Both the position numbers and the translations under genes were made by a program. 64,000 nt of DNA. Origin: Paraspadella gotoi (Eukaryota; Animalia; Chaetognatha). Location of the stretch: positions 3,267,575 to 3,331,574 of the forward strand of contig CM119264.1 of assembly GCA_051294375.1 (NCBI GenBank). The letters run 5' to 3'. Below are positions 27,721 through 45,200 of the stretch, one piece after another. How positions within the stretch are numbered: the first letter of the stretch is position 1; every line of letters starts with the position of its first letter. The notes under the pieces were generated by a model, which had not been told where the DNA came from, made no database searches, and worked only from the letters and a program-made list of their open reading frames with translations.

Positions 27721-29325
27721 TAAAAAAGCAAGAAACAAGTTGGAAAAAAGAGAGTAAAAAAAATAAAGAAAATTATTAACCAAATCATTTCATAATAAAA
27801 TGTTTTTTTAGCCCCTGGTGTTTCTGGTCAATCCCAGCGAAGTTCAGTCGCAACGGTTGGTAGAGGTAAGACTTTTAGAGTCTTAGAGTCTTAGATTCTT
27901 AGAGTCTGAGAGTCTGAGAGTCTGAGAGTCTGAGAGTCTGAGAGTCTGAGAGTCTGAGAGTCTGAGAGTCTTAGAGTCTTAGAGTCTGAGAGTCTGAGAG
28001 TCTGAGAGTCTTAGAGTCTAAATCGAATTAACGGCGAATCTAGCAAAATTATTGATGTATTGATTGATTTATTGATTGATTTACAGTTTCGATGAGACCG
28101 GTGAAGGCTTCAGATCAAGATAAGCAGGCAACCAAGAAATTATTTTGATTGATTGGTTGATAAATTGAGTGATGCATCACTAAATTATACATATATCTTC
28201 ATTCATATCACTATATATATATATATAAGCTTATATATAAGCTTATACTATGCTTATTCAGATAATCATTAGTTAATTTAATAATTCATTCCTTCATTCA
28301 TACACTGATTTATTCATTATATTCAGTCATTTATTCAATCATTCAATAATTCATTCATTCCTTCATTCATTCATTCAGTCATTTATTCATTCATTCAATA
28401 ATTCATTCATTCATTCATTCCATTTATTCCCTCCCCTAATTTTCTCTTTCCTCAGACGGAGGCGAGTCGTGCCATTCTCAACCAATTCGTCGCCACATTT
28501 CGAACGGAGAAAACCGAAGCTGCGGCGGAACCCAAGCGATTCTTACGGTTTGACGCGGACGCGTTGAAGCAAGGTCACAGCCTGGAGGCCGTCTTCGATG
28601 TGAAGAAGCAAGAGATCGATATTAGGTCTAATTCTAAAAGGAGAGAAGGGGTAGTCGGGGGCAGAAGGTCACAGCCTGGATGTTGTTTTCGATGTGACCG
28701 ATATCTGATCTAGTTCTAAGAGGAAGAGGAATGTGAATTAGTGAATAAAAGTATTATAAAATTTAATATGAATCAAATGAAGGAATATATTGACTGAATG
28801 AATAACTAACTTATAAAAATTTAAGTTAGTCAATTAGTCAATTTCTATTATATTATCTCGTTCTGTAGGTTTCTATTTTGTTATATTTGCTGAAACGGAA
28901 AGAACCTCGAATCTAAGCGATTACTAGAGCCACCTTTTGTTTTTAAACAAAATATATAAAGAATAAAAGACGGAATTCACGTTCATTGTGTGTGGAACGC
29001 TCATTGGTAATAACCGAGAAATGCTCGCGATAAGAAAGCGCAACAGATTTGAATTACCGTTCTTTGTTTCAAGAATCATAACAATAAATACGAATCTAAA
29101 AAAAAATTACGTATGCGACAAGAAAGAGTAATTTTTAATTTGTCACAAAGGTTGATTTTTTTAAGTCAGACAAATCAAATTAAAAAAAAGTAAATCATTT
29201 TAAATTAGAATTATATTATAATTAGAATTATTGCATCAGAGATGTAATCGATATGGACGAGGATGACATCGAAGAAATCATCACGGGGGACATCATTATG
29301 TCAGGTTTTGTCACCTTTAGATAAC

Positions 29326-29365
<40 letters not shown>

Positions 29366-32300
29366 CTCGAGAGAGAGAGAGAGAGAGAGAGAGAGATCAT
29401 CATATCAGGTTGTGTCACCTCTAAAACAAAACAAAAAAAAAGAACAATTTCATAAATCAAAAATTTAACAAATCAATTTCATGATAATAAATAGACTTTG
29501 TCGTTTTTTCTCTTTTTCTTCGTTATCATCCCTGTCATTTTCATGTTCATTTACATTTACATTTACGAATAAAGTCCCTTTTTTCTTCTATCATAAACCA
29601 TTTTGTGATGTTAGCACTCGAAGTTAGTCCCATTAGTGCGGGACCTCCCTGTATTTCATGAATGATTTATATTCATTTTATTGAATATAAGATCATTTCA
29701 ACGAATTCCAATCGACGGTTTTTATTGCTCAACGCCTCCTTCAGTATTCGACACTCAAACTGTTTTCTCCCCCTCCTCTTCCTCCTCTCGTCCAGGAGTA
29801 GAGAGCAACGCTTTCCGCATGTTCATCACATTTGTCATCATCACCAACGCGGCTTTGATCGGCGTCCGCACGGACGATCAGTTGGACCGACAATTCCAGC
29901 CTCTTTTCTCCACCGTCGACTCCGCAGTCCTCGTCATCTTTGTCGCCGAGATGCTGCTCAAGATGTATGCCAGCTTCATTCTCTACTGGCACGTGAGTGA
30001 AGATGTATGTCAGCTTCATTCTCTACTGGCACGTGAGTGAAGATGTATGCCAGCTTCATTCTCTACTGGCACGTGAGTGAAGATGTCTGCCAGCTTCATT
30101 CTCTACTGGCACCTGAGTGAAGATATCTGCCAGCTTCATTCTCTACTGGCACGTGAGTGAAGATGTATGCCAGCTTCATTCTCTACTGGCACGTGAGTGA
30201 AGATGTATGCCAGCTTCATTCTCTTCTGGCACATGAGGGGAGAATGCGGAGATGTATGCCAGCTTCATTTACTACTGGCACGTGATTGAGGGTAAATGTA
30301 TACCAGTTTCATTCTCTACTGACACATCAGTGAAGAGGAGAAGTGTAATCGGGCATTGTGCAATTTTTCTCCATCTATTAACGCGACAATTTTACCTGTG
30401 TACCGATGGCTCATCTGCTTATGACCATTGAGGTAGCGGGAACAATCCCCGTTGGGTACCCAATATGCGGCAAGTGAGAGGATACCCCTAAACCGCCCTG
30501 GGTGCATTAAAATCCTCAAGCCCGTTCCCTTATATATACGGACAATAGTAATTATCCCTCTCAGCTGCGTAGTCCGCCAGCTTTATTAATCATTTTCTAT
30601 TGTAAGTCAGAAGACGGTTGAAAAAAACTTTTATTTGTGAACGGAATATAAATTTGTTTGTTCCTTTTTTTAATAAAGTCAATAATCAGTGGGAAGAGTG
30701 GTACTAAAAGAACTAGAACTAATTCATATTTACAGTTTATAGATGAGACATGAAACGTTTTCTTTCTTTTTGAAGGACATGTGGAACATTCTTGACTTCA
30801 TCATCGTCATTTGTCTTCTTTTCAACAACGAATTTTCTGGCATCAGTTCGTCACTCAGCGTGGTGAGGGTCGCTGGTGATGTTATTGATCAGGGACAAAA
30901 AAAAAGAGAGAGATTCTTGATTGAAAGCTGGCAGAGTCCGGAGATGTTTTTTCCTTTGTAAGAAGTCATCAGAAAAGCATGGAATCTCTAAGAACTTAAA
31001 TTATAGATTCTGGCAACAACCAATCCGATAGTTAAAAAAAAAGCTTTAAACCATCATAGCCTGTACAAAGACAGGGGAAAGATTCATTTATTAAATGAAA
31101 GGATAATTTTTATATTCGTCGTATAAACTGCCCTCTCTCGTTCTATTTGTTTTTTCTCGCCCAGATTCGAATTCTGAGAATCTTGCGCATTCTCCGCGCT
31201 TTTCGTTCTCTCAGAAATTTCCCGATTTTAGCGGGACTCTCGGTTCTCATAGAAACGATCATCAGGTTGGGATACGATGGAGGGAATTTGGGTAATTTGT
31301 GCTTTTGTGTAATTAGTTAATTCTTTATTCATTTAATTATTATTTATTCATGTTGCGTTCTTGTTTTTTAGCTTATTTATTCATTCATTTGTTCATCGTT
31401 AATTCTTTTATCTTATTAAATAACTTCTTAACTCTTACTTTCTTTTTTCATTCATTCATTCATTCATTCATTCATTCATTCATTCATTCATTCATTCATT
31501 CATTCATTCATTCATTCATTTATTCATTCATTTCCAGATCCGTGCCCGATATGCTCAACATCGGGTTTCTGCTGATGATCTTCCTTTGCGTCATCTCAAT
31601 CCTGGGAGCCTCCATCTTTAACGATATGAAATACTTTGAGAATTTCACCAGCACAATGTGGACGAACTTCGTCAGCGTTACTGAAGGTCTTGCAACTTCA
31701 CTAAAGGGAAAAGGGAACTATATAGATTCCTCCATCGATTTTTAATTTTGTCAGCAACTCGTTTTACTCATTTTTTACCCTATTTTTTTGACACGCTAAA
31801 CGTTTCTCTGATTACGCGAAGTAGATTGTGTGAATCAAAAAACTATAATATCAATAGTTAGTGTTATGTCTCGAATAGACGAAAAAAATCCTCGTTTAAA
31901 AAATTCATTCGGGAAGTGAGGTAACGAAGCCTTACCAGTGGCATTGTCACCGTCGAACATCTCGAAAATAATTATTTTTATTTAATATGTTTGAAAGGAA
32001 AATACAAAAATTCAGAATGCGGGTTCTGCCTTGTATGCACATCAAGTAAAAATGTTTTTAAAAGTTTTAGGCACTTCCATGTCTTGGGGCTTGGGGGCAA
32101 AAGGGCGAATTAAAAAAATTTTACCTTTTAATCAGTAAAACAATGACATTCAAGATGAGTAGATTTTAATTTTTTTTCTTCACTGAAATTTTTATTAAGA
32201 GAAATAAAAAGAAAGCTAAAAATAAATTATCTTTTTTCTATTTAAAAAAAAATTATCAATACAATTTAACACAATGATGTCTTCCTTTGCAATATGTCCT

Positions 32301-35083
32301 CAGCTATGTAATTTTTAAAAATTTTATTAGATAAACAAGCAGTGTGTCAAGCTTTTTGTTTGCAGTTGAAGATAATGAAAAATGACGATTTTTTCTCCAC
32401 AGACAAGAAGGTAGACGTCCAGACTGTTTATATTAAGCTGAAAACATTTTTGTATTATCATTTTTTTATTTCAAAAAAACATTTTATCAAGCTACTACAT
32501 AAATTTTTGCTTGTTTTTTACTTTAACTGAAAAAATGCAAGCAATTTTATGCAGTAGAGAAAATTAATTGTAATCAAAATGTAATTAGTCTTTCCTTTTT
32601 CAAATAAGAAAGAAAAACAACAAAATTTCATATAGCTTCAATGAAATTTTTAATGCAAAAAAACTGTTATACTTTTAACTTCATTTAAATAAAGGCTGTG
32701 TAAAGATTTATGCGATTAAAATTTAATAAAACTTATTTAGAAAGGTGTCCCATGATTAGGTCTTAAATTTAATACCTCGCCCACGTTCCTATCTCTTTTC
32801 TTTCAAAAGTTATTCAAGAAAATATACTTTTTTTACCTTTAGAGAACTAAAAGATTGAACTACGCAGTACAAATCTTTGTTAAATAAAATTTCGGCAGAG
32901 CAGGAGTATCTCAATTATTCCTATTGGTACAATACCTAAATTTCAAAATAAAACCTAAAGAAAAAATTTTCTGCCCTCTAGAGACTTATGACTATCAGGT
33001 GTACCCAATTGTCTTACTCATTTATCGATTATGTTGGAAGAAAGAACAGTGAAACGTTTCCTCTTTTTTTTAAATAGTTTTGTACTAGCGCGTCAGAAAT
33101 CTAAGAAGAAACTCGAAAATTTTATTTTCTGACAAAATTTGCCTTTCAAGGCTGACGTTTATGACTATATCTCAGAAATCATTGTAGGAATTTAAAAAAC
33201 GGTTTTTGCAAAGTGAATTATGATATCATCCTCCAGGGACCGCGCATAAAAATTTATAAAAAAAATATATATGATATGAGCTCTCGGGTGAGGTATCTAA
33301 ACTATAAGATAATTGTAAAATTTGTAATGTTTATGAATAAGATTGATTTAAATGAATGTTGGATATAATAACCGATCAAATTGACCTCATGTCATTTTCT
33401 TGTGACATCTTTCAAACTATTAAATTGGTTGTTGCCATAATCTCTAATCTATGTTCTTAGAGATTCCACGCTTTACTGATGGATCCCCCATTGCTATCTA
33501 TAACCCGGACAGACGGATGGTGGGATTCCTACTACGAAATTCGTTATCACCCTCGACTCCTCATCAGCAAATGGGGCGGCGCTTATGCCATCGTCTTTGG
33601 CCTTTACTTCGTCGGTGCCATCTCCATCGGTGCATTTCTCTTCAAGAATCTCGTCATTGCCGCCGTCATCAACAATCTGGCGGTGAGGCCATAATCGCTG
33701 ATTGTGATAATTGTCAAATTGTAATAGCTCCGCTTGATTCCTCGCTCCTTCTTGATTTCCGCTCCACTCAGACAGAGATGGAGGCGTCGAAGAGAAAGGA
33801 GCAACAGGAGCGAGAGTTGATCAACGCGACAAGAATGGAAAGTGGAGCAGCGGACAAAGAGGACAAATCGCATGGGATTGAGGAGCGAGAGAATATGGGG
33901 GGATTTTATGATCTCACTAAGGTTCTTTTTTATTAATACGAAAAACAGTATTAACAAAATCAGATACAGTAAGGGCGTAAAAGACTGGAAACAATATACA
34001 AGTAAAAACTAAACTATTAAACAAAAGACTCTTACGTTTAAACTGGAACTATGAATAAAATGTTATGAACTTATTTATAAGAAACTGTGAAATAAAACGT
34101 TCAAGAACGTTCAATGAGTAGATGTCAAATTAGTATGCGTAGACTCAATCTATGACATAGTTTTGTTGTAAAATTTAAACTATCTCTTTATTTATAAATT
34201 AATTAGAGCAGTTTATATTATAATCATCACTGCCCAAACAACCTCGAAATATTTAACAAAAAATGTTTTTACAATGCACTGAAATCTCTGTAAAAGATTA
34301 ATTGTGGTATCTATTTTACCTCCTACGATCGCGAATTGCACATTTAATTAAATTTAAAACAACGCTGCCATATTCAAATTCAAATTTTGTTTTTTTCCCA
34401 TTTTCTTAGTTATTCAGTCTGGAAAATCAAAAGCCTCTAGAAGTGACTGACTTGTCGACTCTAACTTACGACAAATTCGCCCGATTCACTTTTCTCGTCA
34501 CTGCCTTCGAGGAGAACCTGGCAGAGTACGCCAACATCAAGGAACATTTGGACCAGATCGTCAATATGATTTGGGACATCAATCAGGCCAAGGTGGGGTC
34601 ACTTCAATGTGTAGCGTAAGTCAAACCAGGCTAAGGTCAATTTAGTGTGAGGCATCAATCAGACCAGTGTGAGACAACAGATGACTTGGAATTGACTAAT
34701 TTAGGTATCGAATTAATGTGGGGAATCAATTAAAAAGTCCCATTGCGTGCTGTGTAGATTCAATGAACGTTTCATCTACGAAATTTGAATATTAGTCATC
34801 GAGTAATCAACTTGATAATTTTAAGTGAAGCATCAGACTAGGGTTTGATAAGAGACATATGAGTCAGATGGGCCTATTCTTCCCTTGCAATCGTTCATGA
34901 CGAGCCATCTCCGCTTTGCCTTCTCTTGCAGCAACATCAAGATTTGGCCGGCGACATGATCGACATTAAAGTTCATCGACACACGATCGTCAACGAACCG
35001 AGATCGAGTTACATTCCATACGGAACCGACATCGATGAAGTGCAGTCAGCCAGAATATTTACCATTTTACCAGGTTGAGATGG

Positions 35084-35122
<39 letters not shown>

Positions 35123-35677
35123 AGAGAGAGAGAGAAGAGAGGAAGAGAGAGAGAGAGAGAGAAGAGAGAAAGAAAGACAGAGACAGACTTTCTTTCTGTT
35201 GGTAGGAGGCGCTGGCTGAAGAATCGCGTATTCGATTTGAATCAAAACGAAGAAAAAGTTTGATACGAATTCAATCGGCGCTCGAAGTACAACACAATAT
35301 GCAGGTAATTTTAATTCAGTGTTTATGTTTATGAAATTGGTACAACAAATATAAAAATTATCTATTCATTTAATAAATAAGCTATCTTGCTTGGCTTTAT
35401 TGTTATTGTTATTGTTATTAACTCATTATTTTCTTTTTCCTTATCTTAAAGTTCTTCCGAAAGCCCCTTAATTCCTTTTTTTTTAAATATTCCTTTTTAA
35501 TGTTAGTCTATGAAATATCAGTTAAATATTTAATATGAAAAACATGTACTACAGGATCTTCGTCGTCGACTGTCGCACAATCTGACTCGATTGGGGAGCA
35601 TCTCTGCAGCCGCACCAAAGGAGAGGGAGATGATGACGAGGATGTCGAAGAAGAGAAAGAGGGAGAAGGAAGAATGA
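26681..35677 (+). CDS. CATSPER4: CatSper4-like cation channel sperm-associated pore-forming subunit (spliced, ~17 exons, ~645 codons; start codon not located, 3' end uncertain)
   Basis: Manual AG/GT splicing with consistent phases gives a 6TM channel: S1-S2 VESNAFRMFITFVIITNAALIGVRTDDQLDRQFQPLFSTVDSAVLVIFVAEMLLK, S3 WNILDFIIV, S4 IRILRILRILRAFRSLR, S5 RSVPDMLNIGFLLMIF, pore VTEDGWWDSY (TxDxWxD), S6 SIGAFLFKNLVIAAVINNL, and tail QKPLEVTDLSTL...EENLAEYANIKEHLDQIV. SVPDMxNI, LFSTxD, IGAF and ENLxxYxxIxxxLxxIV match mammalian CatSper4 as I recall it (no database search run). Confidence 0.85.
27078..27111 (+). CDS. CatSper4-like putative 5' mini-exon (SSSTHSRYRRG), phase 1 to 2
   Basis: CTTTTAG acceptor, GG|GTGATA donor, phase-compatible with both neighbours. 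Confidence 0.4.
27150..27430. repeat. Compound 8-10 bp intronic tandem repeats (AAAAGACT / AAAAACACT / ATAGACTA)
   Basis: Directly visible. Confidence 0.8.
27443..27573 (+). CDS. CatSper4-like putative 5' exon (LSFHHGSQTSVSRWRRTESDGGERPRRPTLAEFRTTSQLRLLA), phase 2 to 1
   Basis: GC-rich island between repeats; TTTCAAG acceptor; CAG|GTCACG donor; open frame. Confidence 0.5.
27812..27865 (+). CDS. CatSper4-like exon (APGVSGQSQRSSVATVGR), phase 1 to 1
   Basis: T-tract+TAG acceptor, strong GAG|GTAAGA donor. Confidence 0.6.
27874..28019. repeat. 8-bp intronic tandem repeat (TKAGAGTC), ~18 copies
   Basis: Directly visible. Confidence 0.9.
28087..28127 (+). CDS. CatSper4-like exon (VSMRPVKASDQDKQ); donor either CAG|GC at 28127 or CCG|GT at 28100
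   Basis: TTACAG acceptor; only phase-1 entry stays open to 28127; both candidate donors give the phase 0 needed by the next exon. Confidence 0.55.
28456..28625 (+). CDS. CATSPER4: CatSper4-like exon (TEASRAILNQFVATFRTE...AVFDVKKQEIDIR)
   Basis: Pyrimidine tract+CTCAG; 170 nt open; AG|GTCTAA donor, phase 2. Confidence 0.75.
29240..29304 (+). CDS. CATSPER4: CatSper4-like exon (DVIDMDEDDIEEIITGDIIMS), acidic pre-S1 segment
   Basis: CATCAG acceptor, phase 2 to 1, links in frame to the S1 exon. Confidence 0.8.
29796..29992 (+). CDS. CATSPER4: CatSper4-like exon encoding S1-S2
   Basis: TCCAG acceptor; CAC|GTGAGT donor; two hydrophobic helices with conserved N (S1) and D/E/K (S2). Confidence 0.9.
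29961..30335 (+). repeat. 40-bp minisatellite made of the exon 3' end plus splice donor; 7 in-register copies and 2 decayed
   Basis: AGATGTATGCCAGCTTCATTCTCTACTGGCAC|GTGAGTGA every 40 bp from 29961 to 30240. Confidence 0.95.
30344..30600 (+). mobile_element. Decayed second copy of the tRNA-head/twister element, inside a CatSper intron
   Basis: Collinear blocks with 45532-45830: TGTAATCGGGCATTG, GATGGCTCAT..CTTATGACCA..CGGGAACAATCCC, GAGGA, GGTGCAT..CTCAAGCCCGTTCC, TACGGACA, TAGTCCGCC, TCATTTTC. Confidence 0.6.
30776..30862 (+). CDS. CATSPER4: CatSper4-like exon encoding S3 (DMWNILDFIIVICLL)
   Basis: WNxLD voltage-sensor motif; GAAG acceptor; GTG|GTGAGG donor; 87 nt, phase 0 to 0. Confidence 0.9.
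31165..31265 (+). CDS. CATSPER4: CatSper4-like exon encoding S4 voltage sensor and S4-S5 linker
   Basis: IRILRILRILRAFRSLRNFPILAGLSVLIETIIR; Arg every third residue; CCCAG acceptor; AG|GTTGGG donor. Missed by the ORF track. Confidence 0.92.
31538..31686 (+). CDS. CATSPER4: CatSper4-like exon encoding S5 and pore helix
   Basis: SVPDMLNIGFLLMIFLCVISILGASIF...FENFTSTMWTNFVSVTE; phase 2 to 1. Confidence 0.92.
33513..33682 (+). CDS. CATSPER4: CatSper4-like exon encoding selectivity filter and S6
   Basis: Joins G|AC to give TEDGWWDSY; S6 GLYFVGAISIGAFLFKNLVIAAVINNL; GCG|GTGAGG donor. Confidence 0.92.
33772..33921 (+). CDS. CATSPER4: CatSper4-like exon, post-S6 charged helix (TEMEASKRKEQQERE...DLTK)
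   Basis: CTCAG acceptor after an 89-nt intron; 150 nt, phase 0 to 0. Confidence 0.85.
34410..34592 (+). CDS. CATSPER4: CatSper4-like exon, C-terminal coiled coil (QKPLEVTDLSTL...FEENLAEYANIKEHLDQIVNMIWDINQAK)
   Basis: TTCTTAG acceptor; 183 nt open; matches the CatSper ENLxxYxxIxxxL coiled-coil pattern. Confidence 0.88.
34932..35039 (+). CDS. CatSper4-like C-terminal exon (QHQDLAGDMIDIKVHRH...TDIDE); may extend to 35073
   Basis: TTGCAG acceptor; phase-0 donor GAA|GTGCAG at 35039 or phase-1 donor CAG|GTTGAG at 35073. Confidence 0.65.
35206..35304 (+). CDS. CatSper4-like C-terminal exon (EALAEESRIRFESKRRKSLIRIQSALEVQHNMQ)
   Basis: GGTAG acceptor, CAG|GTAATT donor, 99 nt, open only in phase 0. 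Confidence 0.65.
35555..35677 (+). CDS. CatSper4-like last exon (DLRRRLSHNLTRLGSIS...stop); may truly continue as a Glu-rich tail to ~36044
   Basis: TACAG acceptor; phase-0 frame stops at TGA 35675-35677; the downstream GA-rich tract reads as acidic codons (GDDDEDVEEEKE...) in another frame. Confidence 0.55.
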   Translation, partial: DLRRRLSHNLTRLGSISAAAPKEREMMTRMSKKRKREKEE

Positions 35678-36232
35678 GAGAGAGGAAGAGAAGGAGGCGG
35701 AGGAGAAGGAGGAATGAGTGGGAGGAAGAAAAGGAGCGGGAGGAGAATGAGGAATGAGAGGGAGGAAGGGAAGGAGGGAGAGGAAAGAAAGAAGGAGGAA
35801 TGAGATGGAGTAAGGGAAGGAAGGGAAGGAAAAGAAAGAAGGGAAGAAGGAGGAATGAGAAGGAGGAAGGGAAGGAGGGAGAGGAAAGGAAGAGGGAGGA
35901 ATGAGAGGGAGTAAGGGAAGGAAAGGAAAGAAGGAGGAATGAGAAGGAGGAAGAAGAGGAAGGGGATGATGAGCGGGACGTGGAAGGAGGAAAAGGAGGA
36001 AAGGTGATAAGAAAAGAAGAAAATATAGTGAGGGAGAAAGAGTAAGGTGGAAGAGGAAGAGGAAGAGGAAGAGAAAGAAAACGGAGGAAAAGAAAAGAGA
36101 AATCGATAAACATTTGAAAAAAAGTTCCAATTTCTCATGTTATGATTTTATGATTTTAATTTGTATTAAATTATACTTTTAAAAGGAAACTGTCTGACTT
36201 TCTTCTTAAATAGAAGCATCTCTGTCTCTTTT

Positions 36233-36263
<31 letters not shown>

Positions 36264-36431
36264 TGCAGAAAAAGTTGATCATCGATTTTTTTTCGGTTGT
36301 AGAATTTTGGTGACATTTTGTGACACTTTTGTGACATTTTTGTGACGTTTGTGATGGTGAAGTTTGGTAATCGTCGTCCTCGATCTTTTCGTTTTGAGTT
36401 AAGGAAAGGTTGAGAGGGAGGATGGGAACAC

Positions 36432-36519
<88 letters not shown>

Positions 36520-37414
36520 AAGAGACAGGATGAGAGAGTGAGATTAAAAAAAGAAAGAAAGAAGAAGAAAGAAAGAAAATAGAANNNNNNNNNNNNNNNN
36601 NNNNNNNNNNNNNNNNNNNNNNNNNNNNNNNNNNNNNNNNNNNNNNNNNNNNNNNNNNNNNNNNNNNNNNNNNNNNNNNNNNNNNNNNNNNNNNNNNNNN
36701 NNNNNNNNNNNNNNNNNNNNNNNNNNNNNNNNNNNNNNNNNNNNNNNNNNNNNNNNNNNNNNNNNNNNNNNNNNNNNNNNNNNNNNNNNNNNNNNNNNNN
36801 NNNNNNNNNNNNNNNNNNNNGTGTGAACAACTGTCTCTTCGTTTAAAAAAGCATTTTTTTCCGCAACAGACACCAATTAAAGCTCGTCGCTTTGTACGAT
36901 TAACGTCACATACGGGTGACATCCGTATGACATCCGGAATAAAAGATAATTTGGTTTTTGACAATCCTTATAATTTGTTTCCTGCTCAGGTTGACATACT
37001 TCCAAAAACTTTGAACTGATACTTAAAACATTAGTTTTTCTATTTACTTATTTTAAATGTTCAACTCTGGACAACCTTTACAAAATATTACATTAGCTCT
37101 TCCGTTGTATTTTTTAATCAAATTACGTCGAAAAAAAGCAAAAAACAAAAAAAAAANNNNNNNNNNNNNNNNNNNNNNNNNNNNNNNNNNNNNNNNNNNN
37201 NNNNNNNNNNNNNNNNNNNNNNNNNNNNNNNNNNNNNNNNNNNNNNNNNNNNNNNNNNNNNNNNNNNNNNNNNNNNNNNNNNNNNNNNNNNNNNNNNNNN
37301 NNNNNNNNNNNNNNNNNNNNNNNNNNNNNNNNNNNNNNNNNNNNNNNNNNNNNNNNNNNNNNNNNNNNNNNNNNNNNNNNNNNNNNNNNNNNNNNNNNNN
37401 NNNNNNNNNNNNNN

Positions 37415-37450
<36 letters not shown>

Positions 37451-38249
37451 TTAATTTTGATTAGCAAAGATTTACACAGTAAGAGGCAGGAAAAGAAAGA
37501 AAGAAAAAAGAAAGAAAAAAGAAAGAATAAAAGAAAGAAAGAAAGAAAGAAAGAAAGGAAAGAAAGAGAATCCTATATTTGTTATTCTTTCCAAATTCCT
37601 ACGAAATTCGGTATCAAAAATTTGAAAGATGCGATGAAGACGTGTGAGGGCAGGAGTAGATGCGTTGGGTCGAAACGGAGCGGAAGGAGGGAAGGAGTTG
37701 AGTGGGGGTGGGGCAAAGGAGCAGGAGGAGATGGAGCAAAGGGTAAGTTAGGAAAGGAGAGCGTCGTCAACGATCCTTCCATTTCTGAAGCTGATCGGTG
37801 ATGCCTTTGGATTAACGTGTCAAACATTGTAGAACATTAACTGTAATCCCATAGTCATTTACCAGGGAATATTTTAACGTTATTATCGTTTTTTTAACAC
37901 AGGGCGTGTCCGATCTTAATCTGTACGCGTAATGAGAGAACTTTCGACCGTACATTCTCGTTTCTGCGGTGATTAACTCCCGTCCGTCAGTCCGTCCGCA
38001 AATTAACTTAGATTTTGAAAATTTATTTCGATTTGGTTGTAAAAAAAAAAGGAGGAAAATAGGTCGCGCCGATGCGAATGAGTCACAGATTAATAAATCG
38101 AATTTAATGAGAGATGCTGGTCGCTGGAAGGAATGTGACACGAACTCCCTAGCGCGTTACATGAGAAAGAGAGAAGAATGAGGAGAGAGAGAGAAGAAGA
38201 AGAGAGAGAGAGAAAAAATGGAGAGAAGAAAAGAGAGAGAAGAGATAGA

Positions 38250-45200
<6,951 letters not shown>

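Noticed and set aside
29961-30335. CRISPR-like regular repeats
   Set aside because: Head-to-tail 40-bp units with no unique spacers and no cas genes, in a eukaryotic intron; the unit is the exon end itself.
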